Program-made: the position numbers and the translations under genes | The notes under the pieces: model-generated | The model's input: the letters and a program-made list of their open reading frames with translations, nothing else | Databases searched by the model: none | Told to the model about the DNA's origin: nothing | Source: a virus | Taxonomy: Duplodnaviria > Heunggongvirae > Uroviricota > Caudoviricetes | Direction: 5' to 3' (one strand) | IMG/VR virus record: IMGVR_UViG_3300044630_003672 | DNA length: 64,000 nucleotides | In this document: in pieces, positions 1-9,744 of the stretch | Layout of the letters: each line of letters begins with the position of its first letter | Numbering within the stretch: position 1 is the stretch's first letter

Positions 1-1
1 T

Positions 2-2371
2 TATCCGTATCTAACCCCATGGACAGGAGACCTTGTATTAAGACCTGGACCGTTGGTAACTGCTATGGATATAAAGGAAGGTAAAGACCAAATATCAAGA
101 CATTGTACTTTAACTGTTAAATGTTTTTCACTTGCGCAGGCCGAACTTTTACAAGAATATTTAATGGAACCGGGGCATACCCTCTTTGTTGAATATGGAT
201 GGAACACCGATGCATCAATTGCGGAATGTATAGATACTGGCACTCCTGGAACAATCATATCTGAAGCAACCGATGTTGGATTGGATTATAATTTATTACA
301 AAACAAACGAATAAGTTCATACGGTGATTATGATGCGTTTTATGGATTTATAGTGGGTGGTTCTTTGAGTTCGGAAAATGATATATTCAATTTAACAATT
401 AATTTAAGAGGTGCACCAGGATTACCAATATTTTTACAAGGGCAGCACACTTATTTAGAATTGGATAAAAGTACGAAACAGGTTAAAAATATACCAGCAA
501 CACAGACGTATTCAATAAATGATATTGATGAGGTTGCAACTGGTGCAGGTAGAGCTAAAACAATGGGTGGTAGAAGGTATAAATGGATGTTTAACAAACT
601 ACCTGGAAATAGACAAACAGCTGAAGTTAAAGCTATAATTCAAAAGGTATATGATACTGACGAATATGGTTGGTGGGATTTACTAAATTTTGATTATAAA
701 GTTTCACAAGAAGTGGCTAATGCATTAGCTGATACATTTATTACTTCTATAAAAGAATTATTTGGTCAAAAAGAATTTAGTGTTGGTGGATTAACCGTTC
801 CAAAAGATAAATTGATTTCTGAAAATCGATACATAAGATTTGGGGCTGCACTTGATATACTTAATGCAAATAATGGATTGTGGGCATATAAAATGGGAAC
901 TCAATCGGTTACTTGTAGAGTAAATAATTATGGATTGATTGGAGCATTTCCAAATATGTTTTCTACCAAACCAAGTAAATTAATAATACCTGGAAAAATG
1001 CCGGATTTTTATCAATATTATTGCAATCCAACTCCTGTATCAATTCAGGATATTTTAACAAAAAATTTTATAGATAATCGTATAGATGGATATGCGTTTC
1101 AAGCGAGTTCTGGCAAATACGTGCCCACACTATTATCTTTTGTACAAGACGTGGACATACCTGGTACTATTACCGCAGGTGGTTATTATAATGGATTTTA
1201 TGAAAAAGCTGGGTATTATGGAAAATTAGAAAATTTATACATAAATTTTAATGTATTTATAAACGCATTAAAAAACTCATCAAATAAATCAATGAGAGAT
1301 GTGTTGGTTGAAATGTGTAACGAAATGTCATCTGCTGTAAACTCATTTTGGAATTTACAAGTTATTGAAATACCAATGGAGGGCGGTGTTAAATTGCAAA
1401 TAATTGATGAAAACTGGAGAGGATATCTTGCCAATAAGAAAAAAACTGTAAAAGAATTTTTCCATTCAGGAGAGCAATCAATCTTTTTAGAAGCAACTTT
1501 GGATATAGATATACCACAAGAAATGACAAACCAAATTGTTTTAAAAAGAGAAGATTATTCAAGTAATCCTGATTCACATGGATTGGATATGGGAGGATTA
1601 TTTGGCAAATCAAAAGATAGATTTTTTGATGAAGTGGATTATAGAAAAACCACACTAACCACAGCATCATCTCCCAAAAAAGCTTCAACACCATCTCGTG
1701 CTCCAGCAGATGTACAAAAAGAAATTGATACATTATTAGCTAGTTTAGTTAAAACTAGTAAAACATCGGGATTACGAAGTGGGATTACAACTGTAACTGA
1801 TACATATAAAGATTCCGCAGGTAATCTTGTTTATACCGAAACACGAACTGGTGGTATAGTGAGTTCAAATAAATATAATCGTGGTATATCGGAAGCGGAC
1901 AAATTATTAGATTTACGAAAAGAACTTGCTACCCTAACGGCCGCGGCAAAGGATGTAGCAGAGACGGCTTTGAGTACAAATTTGAATAAAATTGATGTTA
2001 TACCAAATCCAATTACAAATATAATTGTACCAATGGCATTGAAACCCGCAGCAGGTTTTACGGAGTTTAATAAAAACTTTAAAATATATTGTTGCGATGA
2101 TACTCAATTATTTGACATTATGAAAAATAATGCATTTGAAGCATATAGTGGTGTTGAAAAAACATCACACCCACTACCGATAAAATATACTTTTAAAATT
2201 TTGGGAAAAAGCGGTTTAAGAAGAGGTGATACTTTTAATGTTATTGGTATTCCTAAAAAATATAGAGACTTTGGATTTTTCCAAATAACACAGGTAGAAC
2301 AAACCGTTGAGGGTAACAGTTGGTACACAACCGTAATCGGACAATATTTTCAGCAATTAAAATCAGTATAA
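2..2371 (+). CDS. Large virion structural protein, probable baseplate hub/tail-associated protein (5' partial)
   Basis: Frame is open from position 2. The C-terminal GKSGLRRGDTFNVIGIP...FQITQVEQTV...WYTTV pattern resembles late-control-D/gp27-like hub proteins. Confidence 0.5.
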   Translation, partial: YPYLTPWTGDLVLRPGPLVTAMDIKEGKDQISRHCTLTVKCFSLAQAELLQEYLMEPGHTLFVEYGWNTDASIAECIDTGTPGTIISEATDVGLDYNLLQNKRISSYGDYDAFYGFIVGGSLSSENDIFNLTINLRGAPGLPIFLQGQHTYLELDKSTKQVKNIPATQTYSINDIDEVATGAGRAKTMGGRRYKWMFNKLPGNRQTAEVKAIIQKVYDTDEYGWWDLLNFDYKVSQEVANALADTFITSIKELFGQKEFSVGGLTVPKDKLISENRYIRFGAALDILNANNGLWAYKMGTQSVTCRVNNYGLIGAFPNMFSTKPSKLIIPGKMPDFYQYYCNPTPVSIQDILTKNFIDNRIDGYAFQASSGKYVPTLLSFVQDVDIPGTITAGGYYNGFYEKAGYYGKLENLYINFNVFINALKNSSNKSMRDVLVEMCNEMSSAVNSFWNLQVIEIPMEGGVKLQIIDENWRGYLANKKKTVKEFFHSGEQSIFLEATLDIDIPQEMTNQIVLKREDYSSNPDSHGLDMGGLFGKSKDRFFDEVDYRKTTLTTASSPKKASTPSRAPADVQKEIDTLLASLVKTSKTSGLRSGITTVTDTYKDSAGNLVYTETRTGGIVSSNKYNRGISEADKLLDLRKELATLTAAAKDVAETALSTNLNKIDVIPNPITNIIVPMALKPAAGFTEFNKNFKIYCCDDTQLFDIMKNNAFEAYSGVEKTSHPLPIKYTFKILGKSGLRRGDTFNVIGIPKKYRDFGFFQITQVEQTVEGNSWYTTVIGQYFQQLKSV

Positions 2372-2736
2372 TGGCAATAGATATTATTACATATGTTAGA
2401 GCTAAATCAACAAATGAAGATGAAATTACACAATTAGATATAAAGACACATGTCCCAACTCCGGATGAAAATGATTATGCAGTAGGGTATATTGTTAGAT
2501 ACTTTTTACAAAAGGTAAACGATACGGACGCTACTATATATGAAATAAGTAATTACTTTCAGGATGCAGTACAATCGAATGGGCTATATAAAATTCAATC
2601 TATAAAATGGAGAATTATCGGAACTCCACAAGATATTATGGATTCTAATAAAAAATCAATTTCTTTAGCATTAGAAAACATGCCAAAACTTTCACTATAT
2701 CTTCCAAATCTTTTGCAGTTTGCAAAAATAAAATAA
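2371..2736 (+). CDS. Hypothetical protein, probably baseplate-associated
   Basis: ATG at 2371 overlaps the upstream TAA (TAATG coupling); 121 aa. Confidence 0.6.
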   Translation: MAIDIITYVRAKSTNEDEITQLDIKTHVPTPDENDYAVGYIVRYFLQKVNDTDATIYEISNYFQDAVQSNGLYKIQSIKWRIIGTPQDIMDSNKKSISLALENMPKLSLYLPNLLQFAKIK

Positions 2737-2768
2737 TTTGGTAATCTAAATTATTATTCGTATATTTA
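2737..2768 (+). promoter_or_regulatory. Bacteroidota-type sigma70 promoter driving the tmRNA
   Basis: TTTG(2737)-N20-TATATTTA(2761), 11 nt upstream of the tmRNA 5' end. Confidence 0.7.
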
Positions 2769-2779
2769 CATAATTATAT

Positions 2780-3166
2780 GGGGATGCCATGGATTTGATT
2801 GCGATGAGAATGGTAGTACCACACGTAGACAGAAGTGCTAGATGTCTTTAAATCTGTACAAAACAATAACTGACGTAGAATTATCTACTTGGACCTTTGA
2901 TGATGTAATGTCATTCATGGGTGCTGATTTAGCTGTAGCAGCCTAATCACCTCCCGTATCACTCATGGGGTTTAAAAAAGAAGTGAACAAAAAGGAGCTC
3001 TACCTATCGGCTCTCTAAAACTGATAGGTTGGTGGAAAGCTGTACTAACCATACGGCCCCAATTATTTTGGAAAGTAAATAAGATTAAACTTTATCCTAA
3101 ACGTGTGACATGCTGGTATTATGATTACTTCGTAAGACAGGGGTTCGATTCCCCTCATCTCCACCA
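2780..3166 (+). ncRNA. ssrA: tmRNA (transfer-messenger RNA)
   Basis: 5' GGGGATG pairs with 3' CATCTCC-A-CCA and includes the G3.U alanine identity pair. T-arm AGGGG-TTCGATT-CCCCT, encoded CCA followed by a T-run, internal tag ORF ending in AA-stop. Confidence 0.95.
2872..2946 (+). other. tmRNA tag reading frame (A)DVELSTWTFDDVMSFMGADLAVAA*
   Basis: Resume codon placed after AATAACT by analogy to typical upstream context; 24 codons ending LAVAA-TAA. Confidence 0.75.
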
Positions 3167-3189
3167 TTTTTTTGAATCCTCAATTTACA

Positions 3190-3221
3190 TTTGGTAATTT
3201 GGGGATTTTTTCGTATATTTG
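3190..3221 (+). promoter_or_regulatory. Bacteroidota-type sigma70 promoter
   Basis: TTTG(3190)-N20-TATATTTG(3214). Confidence 0.8.
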
Positions 3222-3236
3222 TATAAATTTGTTTAT

Positions 3237-3503
3237 ATGGGAAGGTGGCCAGAACCGGCAAAAGAAAAGCCTACAAAGTTTGAAATAACCTATAAAGATG
3301 ATGATGGGTGTGAATCCGTATGGAAATATGATTTGAAAAAATTTCCAAATGGACCGATAGAGGTTACAAATAAGTTTCCGCCTCATTATGAGAAGGCGTT
3401 GAAAAAACAACAAAAGGAAGCTAAATTGGCAAAAAAGCAATCAACATTAGAAAAAGCAAAGGCTGCAAATAAGAATGATAAGGATAGTAGAAAATATTGG
3501 TGA
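3237..3503 (+). CDS. Small basic hypothetical protein
   Basis: ATG at 3237 lies downstream of the promoter (the track start at 3219 overlaps the promoter); Lys-rich C-terminus. Confidence 0.65.
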   Translation: MGRWPEPAKEKPTKFEITYKDDDGCESVWKYDLKKFPNGPIEVTNKFPPHYEKALKKQQKEAKLAKKQSTLEKAKAANKNDKDSRKYW

Positions 3504-4758
3504 GATTGATGAATTAAAGAGGATTTTGGAAACTGAACCATCGGTTTGGTATCCTATGTGGGTGGATAATGATAAACATCCACGAAACACACATATATCC
3601 TTTATTTTCGTAAGAACTTTGACAGACCGATATATTCTACCACATCAACATACAGACTCTCTATCACTCTCTAAATCACTAATAGAGGGTATCTTAAATA
3701 CAAAAGGGGATAAGTGGGTATTCCAAAAGAAAAAGCTACTACAATCGTTTCAAAATATAAGGGAAGGATTGAATGACATTGATACCGCTTATTTCTTAAA
3801 AACAGGTGAAACGATAGACTACCAACAACCACTACAACACCTGGTAGCTCCCTTATTACACAAAGGTTACAAAGAAGATGTCATTCAATCTATTCCCATT
3901 CTTAAACTTGCGGAAGCGATAGAACCGGAATTGAGAAAAACTTATAGACAAAAATCTAAAACTTATAATTGGTACAACGATATCTTCTTACCCATCCTTT
4001 CAGAGATTGAGGGATATGGGGTTCGGGTCGATGAGAAAAAATTTATTGATAGATGGCCACAAGCCCAGAAACACTTAAAAGGAGATGTGGTATATACCGA
4101 ATACAATCCATTCACCGTAACCGGTCGTCCATCCAATCGTCATGGCGGTGTGAACTATGCGGCATTGAATAAATCGGATGGTAGTAGAGATGTGTTTGTA
4201 TCGGATGGGATATTCTTACAAATGGATTATAATGCGTATCACCCTCGTCTTATCGGTAAGTTGATTAAGTTCGAAATGCCGGATGGTAACGTACACCAAT
4301 GGTTAGCTGACCAATATGGGTGTAGTGTTGATGAATCCAAAGGGGTTACGTTCCAATTATTGTATGGTGGTATTGATGATGATTTCCGCCAAATTCCATA
4401 TTTCAATGCCGTAGCTGATTATATTGATAACCTATGGATTGAAACACAAAAGCTGGGATACTTACAAACACCACATCGTATTATTCCTTTGGAGTGGATT
4501 GAAGGGGCTAACCCACAAAAAGTATTTAACTATCTACTACAAGCGGTTGAGACTGAGATGAACGTAGATGTTATGGGAAAGGTATTGGGTTATATAAAGG
4601 GGAGTGATATAAAGTTTTGTTTATACACATACGATTCATTCCTTTTTGATGTTCCTACTGATGTGGATAAAGAATTGGTTAAAGGATTGAAGGAAATCAT
4701 TGAAGGTAGTGGGTTTCCTGTAAAAGCAAGTTGGGGTTTAGATTACGGAAAGTTATAA
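3475..4758 (+). CDS. Divergent, shortened family A DNA polymerase-like protein
   Basis: TVTGRPS, motif A-like MDYNAYHPRL, motif B-like SKGVTFQLLYGG, motif C-like YTYDSFLFDV; only 427 aa. Confidence 0.85.
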   Translation: MIRIVENIGEIDELKRILETEPSVWYPMWVDNDKHPRNTHISFIFVRTLTDRYILPHQHTDSLSLSKSLIEGILNTKGDKWVFQKKKLLQSFQNIREGLNDIDTAYFLKTGETIDYQQPLQHLVAPLLHKGYKEDVIQSIPILKLAEAIEPELRKTYRQKSKTYNWYNDIFLPILSEIEGYGVRVDEKKFIDRWPQAQKHLKGDVVYTEYNPFTVTGRPSNRHGGVNYAALNKSDGSRDVFVSDGIFLQMDYNAYHPRLIGKLIKFEMPDGNVHQWLADQYGCSVDESKGVTFQLLYGGIDDDFRQIPYFNAVADYIDNLWIETQKLGYLQTPHRIIPLEWIEGANPQKVFNYLLQAVETEMNVDVMGKVLGYIKGSDIKFCLYTYDSFLFDVPTDVDKELVKGLKEIIEGSGFPVKASWGLDYGKL

Positions 4759-4763
4759 CAGTC

Positions 4764-4772
4764 ATATTTATA
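4764..4772 (+). promoter_or_regulatory. Candidate phage late-promoter motif ATATTTATA
   Basis: Recurrent intergenic motif, here about 25 nt before ATG 4797. Confidence 0.5.
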
Positions 4773-4796
4773 TTATATACAAAAATATGCTATAAT

Positions 4797-5402
4797 ATGA
4801 AAAAATTGATGTTTCTTTTATCGTTTTTAATCGTTTCTTTGGTTTCAATTGGACAAGCGGATGTGAGAATTAAGAATGAAGTGTTTGAAGTACTTTATTC
4901 ACAATCATTAGAACAACCCCTAGTGATTAAATATCGTTCAACTAATAGACCTACAAATGTGAATAGAGGAGCTATGGATTTCTACAAAGAACCAACAATC
5001 AAAACATCAGATGGAGATGATTATAAAGCAAATGTTTATGATAAAGGACATGGAGCTCCTGCTGCATCATTTTCTGATAATATGGAAAATTTGAAGCAAA
5101 CTTTTTCATATCTAAATTGTATAATGCAAAATCAATATCTTAATAGAGGTGAGTGGAGATTGTTAGAAGAACAAATTCGTAAGTGGGATGATGTAGAACC
5201 AATCACCGTTTTAATAAAAACTTTTTTTGATACTCCTGTTAAAAGAGTACCAACTGGGGCAGCAATCCCATCATATTTACAAAAACATGTTTACTTTGAA
5301 AAATCAAATAAATGGAAATGTTTTGTATTTCTAAATGAAAAACCAAAATTTCATTGGGACGAGTTAGAAATGATATGTGAACCGGCTGACCACAAATTTT
5401 AA
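4797..5402 (+). CDS. DNA/RNA non-specific endonuclease (NucA/Serratia-type) with N-terminal signal peptide
   Basis: YDKGHGAPAASF (DRGH-like), NCIMQNQYLNRGEWRLLE; N-terminus MKKLMFLLSFLIVSLVSIGQA. Confidence 0.85.
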   Translation: MKKLMFLLSFLIVSLVSIGQADVRIKNEVFEVLYSQSLEQPLVIKYRSTNRPTNVNRGAMDFYKEPTIKTSDGDDYKANVYDKGHGAPAASFSDNMENLKQTFSYLNCIMQNQYLNRGEWRLLEEQIRKWDDVEPITVLIKTFFDTPVKRVPTGAAIPSYLQKHVYFEKSNKWKCFVFLNEKPKFHWDELEMICEPADHKF

Positions 5403-5408
5403 TGAATT

Positions 5409-8400
5409 ATGAACGTATCTCAATTAATTAATGAAATTCTTACCGAATGGGCATACCGAGTAGATGATGGAATGCCAAATCCAAAAAACCCAACCCATAT
5501 AAAAGAGTTGGGTATTGTGCTTTCTGAAATGGGTCTATCTCATATCAAAAACCAATTGGTTGAAAATCTATTAACTGAAAAAGGAAAAACTCCAGAAAAG
5601 CATGTGGTAGAAGCGGATAAGCAATTTAAAAATCCTATTTTAAATAAAAGTATAAAATACAAAAATACTAAAGGAGAAGATACCGAAGGATTGGTTGGTA
5701 ACCTTTTGAGATTACCGGCTGAACATCCTGGTAGAAAAGCAGCGGAAAGAATGTTACCACCGGAAGGGTCAGAGGAAAGAGATACAATTAATAAAGATTT
5801 AGGTGGTGAAAACCAACCAGAAAAACCAGAAACACCAACTGATGATAAGGGTGGTGGGGAACAACAACCAAAAGAAGACCCAATTCAAAAAGCGGCTCCA
5901 ATGTTTGACCCTAAATTAGACCCTGCTATGGGAGTACGTTTAGATAAAGAAAAAGAAACTCTTGCTCAATTGGCAAAAGATGATGAAGAAAAGGATGCGG
6001 AAGCTGAAAAAGAAGTTAAACCAAAAGAGGAAACTGAATTTAATCCAATAGCAGCTGTAGATGTTCAAAGTGAAATACCAGAAGCCGATCCTGACACATT
6101 TGGTGGTGAATCTGATATACCAGATGGAATTGGCGAAAAAGAATTAGAACAATTTAATACTGATATAAAGAAAGTAAAAGATATTGTCGCCGATGCAAAG
6201 GCTAAAGGTGAAAAAGCACCAAACATTAACCTTTGTCAAATAACAGTGCCTGGTACTAACTTATATTGTGATGATAATTTAGGTATTCCAAGAGCAGAGA
6301 TGCCACAATTTAAAGGTAAAGCAATTGAGGGTAGTAGAGCGGCTAATATGCCAGTTGATGCGAGTGGTGAAGTAGATACTGAACCTGTATTCAAAGAAAT
6401 GTTGAAAGAAAAAGGAATTACCGTTTCACAAACCGAAGTTCCCGCTGATAAATTAAAAGCAACTCAATCTGAATTGGTTGGTGCTAAAGTGGTGGGAATG
6501 ATGGGAGCATTGGAAGAAAATCCAGAACATGAAAAAATTACTGCACCAATTTATGTGAGTAGAGATGGATATGTAATTGATGGTCATCATAGATGGGCAG
6601 CTATAGCGGCATATAACGCAGCACATTCAGATTCTCAAATACAAATGAAAGTTCAGGTAATTGATATGGATATTAAAGATGCTATCCCAATGTGTAATAA
6701 ATTTGCAGAAGATATGGGTATAGCAGCTAAAAAAGCAGATGCTAATAAGGAAACGCCAACCGAACCAAAAGCTGCAGAAGTAAAACCAAATGAAACTGAT
6801 CCTGAATCAAATGTAAAAACATTTAAAGGTGAATCATCTGGTAAAGAAATAAAAACAATTGAATTTGAAGGTGGTGGATACCTTTTTGGAACCGTTCATA
6901 GAGACGAAAAAATGGTTGATGATATTGTAAATCAGGTAAAAGCAACCGTACCAAAAGAAAAGTGGAAAGATATTGTATTTGTTGGTGAAGGTGGTGCAAC
7001 CGGTAATAGTGGTGAATTGGAGTTCAATGATGAAATGATACCTGCACAAGAAAAATTTAAAGAAATGGGTGCGGGTGTGGATAGTTTTGATGGAGATGCA
7101 TTAGATGTACACAAACCCGAATCTGAATTATATAAATCACAAGAGAAACAAACTGGTCTTTCACAAAGTAAAATCAAAGCTGGTAATTGGGCTAGTATGA
7201 TTGGACAAGGTGAGGGTACTGATACAATGGAGACATCTAAATTTTTAGATGATGAAGGTAAACAATTCTTACAAGATGCAGCTAAAGAAGCAGGATTGCC
7301 TCCAATAGAAAATTTCGATAACCCAACAGGTGAAAAGCCAAGTGAAGAAAATGGTTGGAAAGGAACGGGTGATAAAGGAACATTATATAGATTGTCTTTT
7401 CCAGACGATAATGGCGATAGAGAAACAGGGGTAAACGATGTTCAAGTTGCATTTAATAAAGCAAGAGACCTTAATATTATTAAAAAACAAAAAGAATTAT
7501 CTGCACAAGGTAAAATACCGGTTGTAGTTGCAGGTGAGGGACATGCTGATTTAGTTGATGATATATGGAGACAAAAAAACAAAAACGAACAAATTCAAAT
7601 GAAAGAAGAATTATTACCATTAGTTGATAAAATGATTGGTCAAATTATTGAAGGATTTATTGAAGAAGCTAATCCGAAACCATCTCAAACACATCCTGGA
7701 TATTATCATAGAGGGGGTGGGTATTATTCTAAACAAGCTGATGGTGATATTACACATAAAACCGATGGTGGTGCTTTAAGAAAATTAACAGCAAAAGAAA
7801 AAGCAGATAAGAATAAAACAGCAGCTCCTAAACCAAAAGCACAAGTTGGTAAAACAATTGCTCCAAGTGGATTTAGACAAACCAAAGATTTAAAAAAATC
7901 AACTCCAAAGGCAGAACCAAAACCGGTAACTACGGATAATTCAACTCCATCGGTAGTTTCTAATGGATTAAATAATGGTAGTTTACAATCATTGAGAAGT
8001 GTAAATGCAAAATTGATTTCAGATAGAGATAAGGGAATAGCTGGAGCGGGTGGTCCTGTTGCATCATATGGAGAAGCTGCACTTACTACATTTGCAAACA
8101 AATTACAAGAAGTTGGTGGGTTTGAAGGATATGTAGCGGGAAATAAAAACGCAGTTGCTAAAAAAGTTGGTGAAATTAGCAAAAATAGAAAAGCATTTAA
8201 AAGTTCAATAGAAACCGTAGCTAGACAATTGGGATTTGTTTTACCAAAGGATGAAGCTAAAGTTTTAGAATATATTGGTGCAAGAATCGTATTTGGTGAT
8301 AATGAATTGGCTAGATTGAAAAAAGATAAAAATTCATTATGGTATAAAACCGGAAAACAAGGATTTGGACAAGATGAAGATGCGTTTAGAGCATGGGCTA

Positions 8401-9683
8401 GAGCGGATTTTGATGGAGCAATATCAACTAGAATATTAATTCAAGAACAATCTAAAATTGATACAAGCAAAGATTATATTGTTATACAATCAGACCCAAA
8501 GAAGGGTGGACATGATGATGGTATTATAAACCATTTGAATTCTAAATTAGAACAAGCGAAAGCAAAAGGTAATAAGGATGATATCGCACATTATCAAGCC
8601 GAGGTGTATGCGTTTACCAAATTAGGATTCCATGATACTATGGCAGTTGGATTTGATAAGAAAGGAAGAACAACTGTGTTCAGTATTACAAATAAAAAAC
8701 AAGATGACTTACAAGATATATGGGGTAATACAACTCCTGAATATGCTTTAAATTTAATTAAAGATTCTTTTGGACCTAAAGTATCTGGTACGGTTGTAAG
8801 TGTTATTGAAGATGGAATACTTAAAGTTTCAAATAGTAAAAAAGCAACAACAAGACTGTTTTCTACAATGAAATTAAATGATGATTTTGTTGCTGTATGT
8901 GATACACCACAAATGAAAAAATATATGGGACAATTGAAATCTCATAAAAAATTCAATCAATGGTTATCTGATAAAAAATATAATCCAACCGAAACAAAAG
9001 AGTGGTTGGTTCTTGCACAAAAATATGCAAAAGAAAACGATGATGCTCCATACGAACCATTTGGAAAATTTGTACATAAAGTTGGTGAGTTGGCGCAAGT
9101 TGGACCGTTTGTAAGAAAACATACTGAAATTAATTTTGAATCTTCTGCAGTTAAAAAAGCAGTTCAGAATAAAAACGATGAAAAAGAATTAACTGCAGCG
9201 GTGCATAGAGATGTAGTAGATTCAATAGCGGAAGCAGATAAAGTAGCTGGATATCCTAAAAAGGATGGTGTAAATGGTCCGCATACACAAGCATATCTTA
9301 CAACTGTAATGCATTCAATGCACTTTGATTTGATGGTTGAAAACTTTGATGGTAATTTAGGAGCTATCACAGGTATACGAGGTTCAGTTCCATCAGACTT
9401 TAGAGAGTGTTTAACGAAATTAAGTGGATTTAAAGGTGAAATCAAAACAAAAGAAGGAAGAGATTTACTAAATAAACACTTATTACAAAGATGTAAACTA
9501 AATCCACAAACAAGAGCTATTGAAATTACAAATGAAGAAGGTACTAGTGTTTTGGCAGAAGATACTTGGAGAACTGCCGGTACATCTCAAAAAGTAGAAA
9601 AGAAACTTGGTGGTGGTTTAAGAAGTTGTATTACTAACAGAATTGATAAAAGACAAGCTGATAAACGAGCAAAGGGTATGTAA
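5409..9683 (+). CDS. 1424-aa multidomain protein with ParB/Srx-like domain and possible TraB/GumN(TIKI)-like domain; probable virion internal protein
   Basis: VSRDGYVIDGHHRWAA (ParB-N-like); YLFGTVH...ARDLNII...VVVAGEGH; acidic Pro/Glu linkers. Confidence 0.6.
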   Translation: MNVSQLINEILTEWAYRVDDGMPNPKNPTHIKELGIVLSEMGLSHIKNQLVENLLTEKGKTPEKHVVEADKQFKNPILNKSIKYKNTKGEDTEGLVGNLLRLPAEHPGRKAAERMLPPEGSEERDTINKDLGGENQPEKPETPTDDKGGGEQQPKEDPIQKAAPMFDPKLDPAMGVRLDKEKETLAQLAKDDEEKDAEAEKEVKPKEETEFNPIAAVDVQSEIPEADPDTFGGESDIPDGIGEKELEQFNTDIKKVKDIVADAKAKGEKAPNINLCQITVPGTNLYCDDNLGIPRAEMPQFKGKAIEGSRAANMPVDASGEVDTEPVFKEMLKEKGITVSQTEVPADKLKATQSELVGAKVVGMMGALEENPEHEKITAPIYVSRDGYVIDGHHRWAAIAAYNAAHSDSQIQMKVQVIDMDIKDAIPMCNKFAEDMGIAAKKADANKETPTEPKAAEVKPNETDPESNVKTFKGESSGKEIKTIEFEGGGYLFGTVHRDEKMVDDIVNQVKATVPKEKWKDIVFVGEGGATGNSGELEFNDEMIPAQEKFKEMGAGVDSFDGDALDVHKPESELYKSQEKQTGLSQSKIKAGNWASMIGQGEGTDTMETSKFLDDEGKQFLQDAAKEAGLPPIENFDNPTGEKPSEENGWKGTGDKGTLYRLSFPDDNGDRETGVNDVQVAFNKARDLNIIKKQKELSAQGKIPVVVAGEGHADLVDDIWRQKNKNEQIQMKEELLPLVDKMIGQIIEGFIEEANPKPSQTHPGYYHRGGGYYSKQADGDITHKTDGGALRKLTAKEKADKNKTAAPKPKAQVGKTIAPSGFRQTKDLKKSTPKAEPKPVTTDNSTPSVVSNGLNNGSLQSLRSVNAKLISDRDKGIAGAGGPVASYGEAALTTFANKLQEVGGFEGYVAGNKNAVAKKVGEISKNRKAFKSSIETVARQLGFVLPKDEAKVLEYIGARIVFGDNELARLKKDKNSLWYKTGKQGFGQDEDAFRAWARADFDGAISTRILIQEQSKIDTSKDYIVIQSDPKKGGHDDGIINHLNSKLEQAKAKGNKDDIAHYQAEVYAFTKLGFHDTMAVGFDKKGRTTVFSITNKKQDDLQDIWGNTTPEYALNLIKDSFGPKVSGTVVSVIEDGILKVSNSKKATTRLFSTMKLNDDFVAVCDTPQMKKYMGQLKSHKKFNQWLSDKKYNPTETKEWLVLAQKYAKENDDAPYEPFGKFVHKVGELAQVGPFVRKHTEINFESSAVKKAVQNKNDEKELTAAVHRDVVDSIAEADKVAGYPKKDGVNGPHTQAYLTTVMHSMHFDLMVENFDGNLGAITGIRGSVPSDFRECLTKLSGFKGEIKTKEGRDLLNKHLLQRCKLNPQTRAIEITNEEGTSVLAEDTWRTAGTSQKVEKKLGGGLRSCITNRIDKRQADKRAKGM

Positions 9684-9706
9684 AAATACCCTTTCATCCG
9701 TTTTTT
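9671..9706 (+). terminator. Probable intrinsic terminator hairpin
   Basis: AAAGGGTAT-GTAAAA-ATACCCTTT 9-bp stem spanning the stop codon, with a T-run a few nt downstream. Confidence 0.5.
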
Positions 9707-9707
9707 C

Positions 9708-9716
9708 ATATTTATA
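9708..9716 (+). promoter_or_regulatory. Candidate phage late-promoter motif ATATTTATA
   Basis: Upstream of the 9745 ORF and the endolysin. Confidence 0.5.
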
Positions 9717-9744
9717 GATGATATAAAAGAAAAGGGAAAAGCGG

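Noticed and set aside
3131-3166. Stand-alone tRNA at the TTCGATT/CCA arm
   Set aside because: No anticodon arm is adjacent; the 3' end pairs with GGGGATG 380 nt upstream, as in tmRNA.
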